NCBI RefSeq assembly: GCF_009914755.1
Contig: NC_060932.1
DNA: 64,000 nt
Direction: 5' to 3' (one strand)
DNA from: the human T2T-CHM13v2.0 reference genome, Homo sapiens
The position numbers were made by a program, and so were the translations under genes. Of the stretch, positions 13,559 to 27,489 are shown one piece after another; the stretch's first letter is position 1, and the number at the start of each line of letters is the position of its first letter. The notes below the pieces were generated by a model. The model was not told where the DNA came from. It searched no databases and saw nothing but the letters and a program-made list of their open reading frames with translations.

Positions 13559-14329
13559 CCTGTGTGTTCTTCCTTTCAGTAAACATTTAGGACCTGTGAG
13601 GCACAGTTCTCAGCACTGGGGGCCCTGAAGGTTACGCAGATGTAGATCCTGCCCTAAAGAGCTTTACAGGCTAAGGGGACTACTAAGGTGAGAATATACA
13701 TCGTCATGCTACAAGACAGGCACGGTAGGGCCTGGAGGGAAGATATGGATCACGTGCTAAGGGAACTCCCACTTCCTAGCTCCTCCAAGAGGTGCTGTGT
13801 CTGCGCAGGTAAATTTGGACGGGAGGTCCCCACCCAGTCTGACGGGTTCCTTGCACATGCCAGGTTGGCCCTGTGAGTCACGGAAGGAATAGTGTTTCCA
13901 GCCATTCCTTTTATCTCATGGGCCGGAAAAGCACGCCTGACATGGCCATATTCCCTCCCTGGCCAGTTGCCAAAGAACTTGGTTCAAAGGCCTGAGAAGG
14001 AGCTGGATCAGGATCGCTCTCCCAGCTGGAAAATGAACTAGCAACTGCAGGGCTTCAAGTACCCAAGGACCTGAAGACAAAGGAACCTACGGAGAAAGGC
14101 TGAAAGTGCTAGAAGAGTGGACATTTCTGGGGGGAAAATGTTTTGCTCACCAACCACCAAATGGGAACCACACCAGTGACTGAGGCTGGCGAGGGTCACT
14201 GAATACATTTCTTATGAGTGTTCTTAACACCAAATGAATCAAAAAAATTGTTCCCCAAGATGCTGCAAAAACAGCACGTCCTTCTGTTGTTTCACAAATG
14301 ACATTTAAGCAGTTGAGTGTATTAGGGAG

Positions 14330-14480
14330 GGAGGCAGGGGCAGGAACAAGAGCAGGAGAGCTGGGGCCAGGAGGGAAGGAGGAAGTCAGGGGCAGCTCCC
14401 GGTGGCGCGGGCAGTTGCGTTTGAAAACCGACAAAGAGGAAAAAGGCAGGGACTAACGGCCAGGAAGGAAATCAGGACCA
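14330..14480. promoter_or_regulatory. possible enhancer (ETS/MYB motif cluster)
   Basis: GAGGAAGT, CAGGAAG, GGCAGTTG and CTAACGG within 150 bp, with local CpG retention (cccggtggcgcggg). Confidence 0.3.
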
Positions 14481-14974
14481 GCAGGCAGCTCGAGCTTGAT
14501 TTTTCAGCCTCCAGAGCAACAATTTGCAAAAGGGTCCTCATCTGACACCTCCTTTCTCTTGGGAGAAATTGGTGGGGGAGCAGGGACAACGGGTCTCCCT
14601 GTGGACCCTGGACTCTAGGGGGACTGCTTGGAGAGAAAACAGTGGAGGCCTAGGAAACTCAGAAAGGGGATGGAGCAAAGAGATGTCTCAGTGGCCTCCC
14701 CTCCCATGCCCAGTTCCACCACCCACAGCCTTAAATATACAAGCCCACTTTTTTTTTTTTTTTTTTTTTGCTTATGGTATGACTTTGGGTGGGAATTTCT
14801 GATTTAGTGGCTGTAGTTAAATTTGTATCAAGAAACGTGTCCTCAACAATGCAGGAGGAGAAAGGGAGGACACTTGCTCATGGGGGCAGGGACAGGAGCA
14901 AGCACTAATCACAAAATATTTCTCTTTGGCAAGAGGTCCTGTTTTCATTGACAGGAGTGCTCCTAAGTAAGGAC

Positions 14975-15183
14975 GATATTTCCTGAGCATCTGCACTGGG
15001 GCAGGCACTAGGCATGCTGTATAAAGTATGACATTAATACTGCTGCAACTCAGTGGTGCAGAGATTTTTATATCCATTTTACAAGGAGGAAAACTGAGGC
15101 TCAGACAAGCCAACGAACTTGCCAAAGTCTCACAGCAAGTGAGGGGAAAGTTGGAATGGGAACCCGGGTCTCTCTCACTCCAG
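14975..15183 (-). mobile_element. MIR
   Basis: ccattttacaaggaggaaaactgaggctcagac...cttgccaaagtctcacagc. Confidence 0.8.
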
Positions 15184-16714
15184 GATTCTTCGTCTGCTTC
15201 CTTGGGGCCAAAAGACGAAAACAAAATGAAACAACGACAAGAGAGAGGAGGGAAGGAAGCCTCGCAGATCATGAGAAGGAAACGATTTCCCTTTCCAGGA
15301 AATGAGGGGGAAGACAACGGTAAGGAAGAAAAAGTTCAAAACTAAGAAAACCCACAAAACTTTAAAGGATGACAGTACGATGTCAAAAAGTTGAAATTTT
15401 AAAACAAATAAGTTAGGAAGACATTTTTTACATTACAAAAGTCATATATATTTATTAAGTGATTTTCTTAAGAGTTACTTTAAGTAGGTGCCTCCTTACA
15501 TTTAAATAAAAGTCTTTCATTAGAAGTGCTTTCTGTGTTTTGCTTTGTTGTGTTGTGTTTTTGGGAGACAGGAGCTCCTGAGAAGGCAAGCATCTTAAGA
15601 GGCCTCCAATGTCTCAAGTATGCTCTCCCAGTAATGGCTTGTGTTTACATCCCGAGTTTGCAGCCTTCAAGAATCCTGGTAAAATGCAAGGACTGGCTTG
15701 CACCCCTAAAACCCAGGACGTATGAGTCTTATAGTACTGGGAGAATGCAAAGGGAAGTTACCTATTTCAAAATTTTGCCCAGGGCCACAACCACGTAAAA
15801 GTGAGTTACAGCCAAAAATAATGAAAGAAAAGACTTAGAACCCTAAGTCCCAAGCACAAGTCTCCCAAGGAAGAGTTTAATAAACTTCGGAGACAGACCC
15901 TAGAGCCTTTTGGTGGAGGCAGATGTAGGCATTATTAATATGACTCATAACTGCTAAGGCAGTCACTGAGCTTGGCTAAATCTTCCCCAACACACTGCAT
16001 TTCAAAAGGCCTGTTATCTTGGGAAAGGTGGCATTAAGTGTCTCTGGTAATTATGTCTCCAAGAAACAATACTCCTCTCCTCATTAAATGTTTCAGTGGG
16101 TGGCCCTGCTGAAGGCAGGAACTTAACCCTGGAGCTACAGAGCCTGAGAGGGCATGGAAACGGGCCACCAAGGAGTTGTCCAACTCTATCAGCCAAGGTG
16201 AGGCTGTTTATCGGGTTGAAAACTGCTTTAATTAGGGACCTAGGCAAAGAAGCAGACAAGTGACTGCTGTATAAATCCCTTTAAGAGATAAAGGTACTGG
16301 GAGTCACAGGCTTGCCCAAGTATGTTCCACTCTGGTCTTGCCTTTTTGGAGTGGCAGGCATGAACTCCAAAGCCAGTTCCACATTTGAAACTCATTATCT
16401 CCATACACAGGCAGCAGAGAGCCACTCTCCCCCACTAGAGGGTGGACTCCTCCCAGATCTGACCCAGACAGTACATCCCTGTCGCCCAAATGAATATCTT
16501 CCAAATAAACTGCAAAAAGGATGTAATACCAAAAGCCCAGAATTGTGCCTGCTTTGGGGCTGGAGTTCAAACCCAGAGTTAGACAGTTTCGTGTATGCTA
16601 CAAACATTTATCGAATCCATGTTGCACACAGAACAATATGTGAAGTGCCGTCAGACGTTCGGCAAGGGGCCCTGTCTCCCATCAGCTTAAAATCTTGCTG
16701 GGGGGCTCTGGGAT

Positions 16715-18162
16715 GATGGCAGCTACAATGAGATCCTTCCAATGTCTCCCAGAAAAATCACACAGATGCACTAAATGCATAAGCAACAACTCACAGACAA
16801 CATTTACAACAAAACTAGGTGACAAGGTATCCCCAAGAACTCCAAATTACAAGTCCATGAATGAAACCACCAACAACCACAAGGCATGTTTTTTGTTTGT
16901 TTTTTGTTCTTTTTTGAGGAAGGGGGCATCTCTGCTAGAGAAAACAGAGGGAAGCAATAGGGCATCTGGTGGACCTGGGCACAAAACACCAAAATATCCA
17001 ACAAGCATTCCCTGGAAGACACAGACAGCCATTTTGACAACAGTGGCTAACACTGAGAGCAGCTTGGCTCACTCAAGCAGCTTGGCTCACTCCAGCAGCA
17101 GCAGCACACGCAAGGGCCTGTGTTACGAGGCCTGGGTGAAGAGGCTGGAGCTGCACTGTCCCCAGGGACTCTCAATGAACATGTCCAGGGCCTCACTGCT
17201 GGGAGTGGAATCAAAATTGAGCAGATAGAAATAACAGAGATAAAGGAAGGAGGTTGGCCAGGTAAAAGTGGAGGAGGGGAACAGAAACAGGACATCTCAG
17301 AGGGCCAGCTGCACAGTTTTAACACTGTGGGATGCAACAGAAGATGGAACAGTGCTGTAAGGTTAGAAAGTCCACATGACCTACTCCTCCTCCCTCAAAC
17401 TCAAGACCACTGTTCACGAGAAAAGGCAAACTTTGCAAAAGGGCCTCTGTCTGAGACCGTCCTCCATCTGAGACCATCCTCCATCTGAGATCGTCCTCCA
17501 TCTGAGACCATCCTCCATCTGAGACCATCCTCCTCTTGGGGGACAAAAGCTTGGTGGCAGCAGTGGAAGGAGTGAAAAGAAGGAGCCTCTCTGTGGCAGT
17601 AAATACTCTGGTCAAATTTCATACAAAGCTGAAGAAGGATTAGAAAGAAAACGAAGAGGAGGAGAAGGAGGAAGAGGAGGAGGTGGAGAAGGAGAGGAAA
17701 ATCCCTACAGATAATGAATGCATGCCAAAAAGATGGACCAAAAAACTATAAAATATGCAGCATATTACTTTAAAATGAACTAAAGGCCTTTAAAAAGTGA
17801 TATAAGACCTGAAATAATATTAAAACATAATGTCAGAGATGAAAACTAAACTAGAAGGAACATAAAAACCAGTATATAAAACAAAAGCTGTGTAAAGGAA
17901 ATGGGAGGTGCAAAAGGTATCTTTTTTTAAAATCAAGAAGAAAAGAAAAAAGGTAAGAAGGAACTCAGAGAAAGAGACAAATACTGAGGATGGGCAAAGA
18001 AGATCCAATCAATGGAGAAGAGGAGTCTGCTCCTGATAAAGAAAAGCAAGTCAAGGGGACAGAACACTGTTAAAGTACATAACTGAAGACAACTTCCCTG
18101 AAATTAAAAGAAATCAAAACTACACGTTGAAAAAGCACATCACATGCTTCACACTATCAATC
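16715..18162 (+). mobile_element. old L1M/HAL1 5' region with ORF1 remnant
   Basis: decayed ORF1 motifs DGQRRSN (gatgggcaaagaagatccaat), ITEDNFPEIK, LHVEKAHH, comparable to L1 ORF1 RRxNI...ENFP.L...IERAHR; A-rich plus strand. Confidence 0.65.
17450..17534. repeat. 17-bp minisatellite x5 (TCTGAGACCRTCCTCCA)
   Basis: five near-identical head-to-tail units counted directly. Confidence 0.95.
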
Positions 18163-18781
<619 letters not shown>

Positions 18782-18974
18782 GGTTATATGATCTGATAAT
18801 GCAAATATGACATAGCCACAAAAATTGGGGGGAAACAAGAGAATAGAGGGATTAAAAAATGTTTAACTGTTTTCAGTAATCATCACTGATGGTATAGCGC
18901 TCTTATTATTGTTATTGGGACTATTGTAATAATTACGGGATATTCTAATTCTGTATCTTTAAGAACCAAGATTT

Positions 18975-19292
18975 GCCAGGAGTGGTGGCTCACATCGCCA
19001 GGCATGGTGGCTCACACCTGCAATCCCAGCACTTTGGGAGGCCAAGGTGGACAGATCACCCGGGGGCAGGAATTTGAGACCAGCCTGGCCAACATGGTGA
19101 AACCCCGTCTCCACTAATGATAATAATACAAAAATTAGCTGGGCATGGTGGTGCACACCTGTAATCCCAGCTACTCAGGAGACTGAGGCAAGAGAATTGC
19201 TTGGACCCAGGAAGCAGAGGTTGCAGTGAGCCAAGATAGCACCACTGCACTCTAGCCTGGACAACAAGAGTAAAACTCCATTTCAAAAAAAA
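18975..19292 (+). mobile_element. AluS (Sq-like) with duplicated 5' head
   Basis: caacaagag 3' diagnostic; TSD aagaaccaagatt/aagtaccaagatt. Confidence 0.9.
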
Positions 19293-20375
19293 GTACCAAG
19301 ATTCTTGGTTTGGAAGAAAGGAGATACAAATGCAATATAAAAGTAGTTGAGTGAAAACTATACAGTTCTGAATTTGAGTCTGAAATATCAGTTTGAACTC
19401 ACAGTATTTGATAACACCCCTCCCTCCCCAACATACGCACTACACATTGTATGGTGTGTCCACTGAAAAAACTAGAAATAATGACCAAACCAATAGCAAT
19501 AAGCATCCATGCTGCCCCAGCTGGTCTTGAAATACTTTTTTCTGATTAAAAGAAAGCAGATTTCTTGGAGAAATGGTGGAATCCAGGTCTGGGGCAGGAA
19601 ATAGACAACGTGAGCCTATACCAGATGGTAAAGAAGATAGGAAAGCTCCTGAAGTCATGGTAAAAGGACCCCAGAGCCAATGTGAAGGAGCTCCAGCTGG
19701 TCAAAGATAGGAAAATAAGAGTTTCAATAAAGATAGTAATTGCAATGGACTGAAACCCATCAAATGTGTGTAAATCCATGAGTTCATAATATTATTGAAA
19801 ACGACCTAATTGGTTCAGTCTTAAGGAAGACAGGAAACCAAGTCAATGTCTGAAAAGTGGGTCGAGAGAAAGCATTAAGCATTTATTCTGACTTTCCTGT
19901 AAGACCTGTGCCACTGAGTACCCAAATGGAAAATGACATGGAAGCTCCTTCTTAGAAAATTATCCCAATTAATAAATGAAAACAAATTCATAGAGTTGAA
20001 ATAATACGATTTTGCAACTCTCAGTAAAGCAATGGATTTGTGCCTTAAGCATCATTGGCTGTTAACGTGAAAAGGAGCAAAAACCACATGGTGTAGGTTT
20101 GCCGATGAAAAGCATCACTACTTTGTTAAAGAGATAGACTTGGGTCTGGTCCACACCTCTGGATGCAGCTGCCAATGTTCAGGAAATACAAAAGACAGAG
20201 GAACTGCTGAAGCATGCCAGCTTATGGGGATCTGCAGATTAAAAACCCACAGGAAAAAAGAAGGAAGAGAGGGCAAGCTGCGTGTTTTAAAGGAGACTTC
20301 AAAGACACATATTTTTTTTTTTTTTTTTTTTTTTAATGGGCAAGGCTCAAAAACAGCAGCAAGGAACGTGCACGC

Positions 20376-20712
20376 TGTGTTGATCTGTTCGGGCTGCCGT
20401 AACAACATACCATGGACTGGGTGGCTTATGAACAACACGAATTTATTTCTCACAGTTCTGGAGGCTAGGAAGTCCAGAATCAAGGTAGATTCTATGTCTG
20501 GTGAGGGACTGCCTCCTTTCTTACAGTGTCCTCACACAGCAGAATGGGCAAAGGGTCTCTTTACAACGGCACTCATCCTATTTATCAGGGCTCCACTCTC
20601 ACAACCAAATCACCTTTCAAAGGTCATCATCATCACCTACTAATCCCATCACCTTGTGGGTGAAAATTTCAACAAAGGAATTTGAGTGGGACATAGCATT
20701 CAGTCCACAGCA
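20376..20712 (-). mobile_element. MLT1A/A0 solo LTR
   Basis: gggctgccgtaacaa...atttatttctcacagttctggaggct...cattcagtccacagca; TSD CACGC/CACAC. Confidence 0.85.
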
Positions 20713-22189
20713 CACACCTGGGTGACAAATCCGTAAAGAAATGCATGGAAGTGGCTGTTACAAGAATTGGGAAGGGTGAGGAGCTGTAAAGCTGTAACTG
20801 GGGTGGGGCAGATGGAGGAGAGGCTCTTAGGGGGACTAGCAAAGTTATGCAGTAACAAGGTTGTTTGGCTTACATAAAATCACAAAGCCACACATTTGCT
20901 TAATATTGCTTTCTGTATCTGTCTTTTTTTACAACAAAAAGAAGAAAACAAACTTTTTTCAAGGTCTGCCTTTCCTGTAAGATCTGTGCCACTGAGTAAC
21001 CATACGGAAAACAACATAGAATGTTCTAAGCTTGATCTAGAGAAAAGACAAGAAAGAAGGCTGCCAACTACCGTTACCAGCAGTGAATGTCCAGACCCCT
21101 GGTGCTGTGGCTGCCCAACCCTCACAGCACAGACCACTTAGTCCCAGCTCCCCAGATACATGAAGGGCCTTCAGGTCGATGGCACAGCAGTCTGGGCTGC
21201 TGGTTCCACTCTGACTGTGGTACCACGTAGGACCTGGGCTGCTACTGAATTCCTTGTGAACAGACCCCTTCTTCAATCCTAGCTCTAGTACTGAATACCA
21301 GTTTCCTATGGCTCAGACTCCAGGAGCCCGGTGCCTATGGAACAAAGTCACTCCTTATCTCTAGACCTCCAAGGAATCTCCAAGTCTCCACTCTAAACCT
21401 CAGTCCCCTGAGGGCTGGGCCTCCCTGATATGGCATATCTTCCTGGCTAGACCCCTGGCCACCACCTGCATCTGCAGACCCTCACCCAGGACCACCACCA
21501 ATCCTCTGCTTTCCAAGGGCACCCAGGAAAGCTACTAGGATCCCAGCAGCCAGGACATTCAGAAGCTACCACTTTAAAAGAGCCACCCTGACTGCCTGAC
21601 CCCACAGAGGGACAGGCCTTCCCCTGCCATGTATGTACTGAAGAAATGCATCCATCAGGTGAGCCCACTCCTCCAACCTCACTGCAGTTCTTTTCCTTTG
21701 ACACAGCATGCCACCCAAGCCAGGTTTTCTGTTCCTTACACGTGTCTCAGAAATCTCCAGAATTTTGAAATGCCCTCCGACACATCGTTCTTTTTGATGA
21801 CTTCATTTGCTTTGGTTTGGAAAGTGACAATCAAAGAAGTGATGGCCTACTCGGCAAATGTCATATCTATCGGCGATAAAGCTTCCATCAAAAATCCCGA
21901 GTCTCTGACAATGACTTTCTCCTATTTCCTCTCCATTCATCCACAGCTGTCCTCTCTTTGCAAACATGAAACAATACTCAGCACTTCCATGCAAACTGCC
22001 ATGGCCTCTGGGCCAGGAACTGGGCTGGGCAGGAAGAGGCGGCACTGGAAAGGCTGGGGGCATCGTAGTGTTGTAGGCTGATAAAGGAGGTGCACGGAAC
22101 CCGGCCCTGACACAGTAAAGAGTTATGGGCTACCACAGGTTAAAAGTATGCTAAATGCCAGTGAAGAAAATACATTATGCTACTGACAC

Positions 22190-22445
22190 AAATCAAAAGC
22201 CATAAAGTTTGCACATGCATATATGTAGCCATTCCTCTTCTGGGAACTTATTCTAGGGAACTAACCATGGATGCAAGAAAAGATTCAGCTGTAAGTATGC
22301 TCATCACGGCAGCATTTATGAGCAGGAAATGTTGGAAGCAACCCAAATGTCAAACAACACTAAAGCCGTTAAATAAGCTATGGTATATCCATTCAATGAG
22401 ACTACATAGTGATAACAATAAAATAACATTTTATTATATAACTGG

Positions 22446-22487
<42 letters not shown>

Positions 22488-22780
22488 TATTACATAACTG
22501 GTATGAAAAGATATTCATGAAATGAATATGCAGCGAAAATGCAGGTTACAAATATTTTCACTGATAATACCTTCACCGATGCATTTGTAATCATTCTAAT
22601 CTGATTTTACTGACCGATATTTCACGAATATACTGATTCTATTGTTTAAGGTATTTATTCCCATAGAGAAAGGAATAGAAGCATACATACCAAAATGTTT
22701 TAAAATATGATTAGCAAAGGTACTATTATTGTCTTACCTGTTTTCCACTATAAACATAAATTGCATAATCAAAAAGTAAA
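22190..22780 (+). mobile_element. L1ME 3' end (ORF2 C-terminus plus 3'UTR)
   Basis: ORF 22177-22497 contains AIPLLGTY...WKQPKC...LNKLWYIH, the L1 ORF2 C-terminal signature; (TA)n(CA)n at 22446-22488. Confidence 0.85.
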
Positions 22781-25379
22781 ACAAAGTTCTGTTCCTCCAG
22801 AAAGCTCCTTAGAAACTCACCTGATTCTCTCGCTTACTCATTCTTGCTGTTGTGTCCTCGCATTTGTGTGTTCAGGGTGTGTGCTACCCTTGAATCTTGC
22901 CAACAATGTGGATTCCATCAATTTAGAGATCCAGGCTGTAGCAAATGCATTGTAATTCAACTAATGGCTTAGTAAGACCTTCAGTGAGCTAACTTGTCTA
23001 CATACTGGACAGTGGGCTTTCCTAAGTGCAAGTAAACCTTCATTCAGGGCTTACAAACAAAAAGCAAATGATAAACTTAAACTCTAATGCTAACCAAAGA
23101 TTCAAAAATAAAGTGCTATTTCATGATTACCATATTAGCAAACACTGAAAACAGTGAAGGAGCTGGGGCTGGTAAGGTTATAATAAGATACACTGCAATG
23201 CAGGGCACTAAATAACATGCACTTTTAAAAGTTAACCCACTGGAAAAAGAAAAGTTCATTTTAGCTCTCTTGACAACACTGCTTTCCTTCCATAATAAGG
23301 TCCTTTGTATCCTTAAAGCCCTTTCCTTCATCTTTTTGTCTTCATATTTTCTGAAATGTAAAGTTTCCTACATGACACAAGACATGGTAAAATGTCTTGT
23401 TATTTCTCCCTCTATGTTTATTACTGTCTTGTGTGAGATTCAAAAGAATTTTCCAAGTGGAACCCTGTCCTCTGCTGGGTATCTCAGGACGTAGACAGGT
23501 GGCAGTGGGCAGGTACAGGGACAGACAAGGAGAGTCCCTATACTCATCTTCCCTCCGTCTGCAGCCCAGTCTGTGTTCTCTTCTTCCAGTGAACATGCTT
23601 GGGTACCTAAAGGAAAAGGCATAGCTAGAAAGACGGTACAGAGGCTACCCAGAAAATTGCATCTCGTTACAGAAACGTCAGGTGTCGTGCTCTGCAGGGG
23701 ACCAACTGCTAACACAGATACACGGGCCTCCGGTACCAAATACAGGACTCACGGATGCCGAAGTGGGAGGAACCTCCAAGGAGACTCCCAGACCCTCCCA
23801 GGTCCCTCCTCCGTACACGCCACGGACGGCCCTGGTGGTCTTCAGTACCAGATCAGCGTAGCAATTTCTTTCATGTATATATATTTTGGTGAGTGCGCTA
23901 AACAGAAAGCTAGCTGCTGCTGAGTGGCTTTTTATTGGCAAGACTGCAAGAAGCACTGTCTCCTCAAGAAATTGGTTATTTGCAGAAGGCAGTTCTCCCA
24001 AGAATGTTCTGCAACATGTCAACTACCTTGAGCATTGCTTTGCCTCACAATTCTTTGTCTCACAGTGAGAATGTGTGTGTGTGCACACGCCTGTCTGTGG
24101 CTCAGGCCTGTGGTTACAGAAAAATGCAGAGAAAGGGACTGGAATGCTCTCTCCACCTCTCCCCCTACCCAAACGAAGATGGTATCAGGCAAGATGACTT
24201 CAACCACAGAGACACACCTCAAAAACAGTTCAGAGCACACCGCAAAGACAGTTCAGATGGGCAATGGAGAGATTGCAAGTGGGCTCATCAGCTGGGCAGC
24301 ACGGGATGCTCTGATATGTTGCAAGACAGAGCCGATTTTTTAAAAGAAAAATATAGCCAGGGCCTCTTTCTCCCCCGGTTGTTGTTGACTCTCCAAAACA
24401 CTGGCTCTGGCACGCGTTCTGATCCCTGGAGTTTGATGCACGTTTGATTCACAGACGGCAGCGTGTCTGCACCAGATGGCCTCGAGTTAATGAACACAAA
24501 CTCATCACTTTTGCTCACCAGGGAAATGTGCAGCTCAATCTGATTTGTACTCTACAACTAAAAATATTTGAGTATTTTCAGGGAGCATTTTACCGAGACA
24601 AAATGGCACTTCAGGAAAGCGTTAAAAGAACAGAGACTAACCAGCAAATTGCAGCTGCAATCTTCTCCACACTGATAAGCTGGCTCCTCGGATCATTCTT
24701 TCACCAACATAAAAGTAACACCCGATATGCTGCACAGGGACGATGGCTTCATTCTGCCCTCCCTGCCTCCTCTTCAACTCTGCTGCCCTGCCCCAAGCTG
24801 AACTTGTAGTCCCAAAGCACAGTGGAGAACTCTTTCCAAACACTAGATTTTCCCCTTCGCATACCAGCAAAAACATTTCTCATAGGGTACACATACACAC
24901 ATACATACACAGTCTTTTCTATATTATTGTAATGTCTTCATATCTATATGTTTTTATATATGAGAATTTAAGGATTCAGGAAAAATTCACTACACGAACT
25001 GAACCCTACAACATCTCCTTCTCGTCCAGCTATGACACAACTCTGTTCACGACGTGTTCCCCTGCTCATCGGCACCAGCACACAAAATAGCTGATGCCCA
25101 ATGATCAATCAGGAGCTAGGAAGCTATTTCATCCAGCTCATTTCTCTCTTCTCCAAACTCCCATATTTTCTGCTGTTTTATATAGAAATCTTAGTGATTC
25201 GACTAAGGAACATTAAAGTCATAACTTTCTAAGTCAGTGCGATCCTCATCGCAGTCAACAACCACACAGCTGGGTTCTCTTCTCATTAAATGTGGCCGTC
25301 GGACAGCCAGGGTCCAGAGAAGCACCTCATAGCCTTAAAACCTGCGCCTCTTCTGGGAGTTTATTAGGAAAAGCAGTCT

Positions 25380-25467
25380 GGGTTCATCCAGACCTGCTGT
25401 ATCCGAATCTGCATTTTACCAAGATCCCCAGGTGACTTCGGTGAACATGAAAGTTTGAGAAGTACTG
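25380..25467. mobile_element. MER5 (B-like) hAT fragment
   Basis: gaatctgcattttaccaagatccccaggtgac...aaagtttgagaagtactg. Confidence 0.7.
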
Positions 25468-25662
25468 CCTTCTATTCATCTCACTGTGGATAACCATCTT
25501 TGAATCCACACCACAAGTCTTCTTACAGGTGGCACTGTCTAAATGAGGAAGTAGTTTAATCATCTCCCATCCTGCCCTACAAAGATATTTTATAAGTACC
25601 AGACGTTCACAGAAACCTTTCACTTTTTACAGAGATAATCTATGCAAATATAAGTCACTTTC

Positions 25663-25972
<310 letters not shown>

Positions 25973-26681
25973 CCTTCAGAGCAAAAACAACCATCATTCA
26001 TTACATGATGTTTTTGGGAGGGAAAGAGATGAATTTTCACTCGAATGGATGAGCGTGGAGACAAGGTGTCACCACCGAGGAACAAGCTTCCACTGAAGCA
26101 TCTCAGGTTGCACTTGGCAGGACGTCGTCTGACTCACAGCATTCTGCTGCATAGGCAGCTTAAACGAGGTTCTCTTTCCAGTCAATTCTGGGGGAGCAGC
26201 TGCAGAGAATTCATGGGGAGTAAGAGTTCTGGAGGGTGGTTTAAAAACACACTCTTTGTCACCTTAAGAAATGCCACAGGCAGGGCAGGCAGTAGGAAGC
26301 CCTCTGGCGGCCTTGGACTTGCCACTTCCCCTCCCTGACAGCTGACTAGGCAGAGGGCTGGGACAGCCTGAAGCGACCCTGGGAACTGGAAGAGGGAAGG
26401 CGCAATGCTGTGAAGGGGGAGGCGCGAGGCCTCGGGGGTAAGTCGGCTGGGGGCTCGGTCTGCTCCGTGCTGCCACCATCAAGGGTTGCCGGCCTTGGCA
26501 AGGAGCCACGGTGCCCAGGCCAGAGATACAGGGCCAACCAGCTATGAGCCCACTCAGCCTGAAGCCCGGCAAAGCTGACTCTGCAAATTTGAGAGCTATT
26601 TTCTGGTTCCAATTCAAACATTACGGCTGCTGACCAGTGAGTTCCAATTCGGTGAGACATCGATGGTCGTCCTGGACTCAC

Positions 26682-26912
26682 TTAACTCTAAAATCCATCT
26701 TAATAGTAGATTCACTGGATGTCAGAGTAGGAAGGGCTTTATAGGGCCTTTTCATCCACAGTGTCAGATCTAAATGCCTTCGGAAGCCAGCAAGAACCGT
26801 CAATGAGCGAAGGCAGAAGCATCCGGCCGGCGCTGTCCAGTCCCGCACTCTAACTGCTGGCTGCATGCAGCGGCCGAAGACTTGGAACATGGCTAGTGCA
26901 AGCTGTGAAGCG
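26682..26912 (-). ncRNA. candidate spliced exon (231 nt)
   Basis: acceptor tttctgttttatactcacag|C and donor TTAA|gtgagt; 5' part overlaps a MER33/MER3-like remnant. Confidence 0.3.
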
Positions 26913-27489
26913 CTGTGAGTATAAAACAGAAAGTTTCTCAAAGATGCAGTAACTGCGGGGATGGACGGTGGGGACCAGAGCTATCTGCAAAGCAGGTGTC
27001 TTTGTGAGAAGCATCAGAATTCAAACTTTAAAGAAAGAAACGAAGACTGCAGACCAAATTCCACTCGTAGGTCTCCAGATTGTGGCTAATGATTTCACAC
27101 AAGAACAGGAAGTGCCCCAAATGGCCCAGCTGGAGAATGGAAAGTTTCAAGTACAATCCGAGGTCTCTCAACTCAGAAGAGTCCATCATTTCTACTCAGG
27201 GAGGCCTGTTTAACCAAGCCACAAGCTTCAGCGGTAGCTGGAAGGCAAACTGTAACCTTTAGCGAGGGTTCACCTCTCTGGAATGTGTGTCTGTAACAAA
27301 AGGGGGTGACAGGGGAAGGCCCCTCAATGCCCTTGGGCTCCAACATGCTAGCAGCAGTGAGCCTCACAGACAGAACTCAGGAGTGGCCGTTCACAGACAT
27401 CAAGGACACAGGACTAGAGGGGCCAAAACAGCAATGGGGAGATGGCCGTTTTCTTAGACCTAAAAGAGCCTCAGCTTGTGTTAGTGACA

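Larger units (their letters stand above)
18782..20950 (+). mobile_element. L1MC-like 3' region, interrupted by AluS and MLT1A
   Basis: gatttcttggagaaatggtggaatccaggtctggggcaggaaa and gaaacccatcaaatgtgtgtaaatccatgagttc resemble the L1MC4-type 3'UTR; A-rich end near 20940. Confidence 0.7.

Noticed and set aside
17450-17534. CRISPR-like array
   Set aside because: Head-to-tail repeats with no spacers, in eukaryotic DNA
16695-17622. 177-aa and 122-aa ORFs, and the repeating MEDGLRWR ORFs
   Set aside because: They lie in decayed L1 5' sequence and the 17-bp minisatellite
23397-25090. Cluster of 100-170 aa ORFs and a strong minus-strand acceptor near 23608
   Set aside because: No homology recognised, mostly non-ATG starts, and no convincing paired donor
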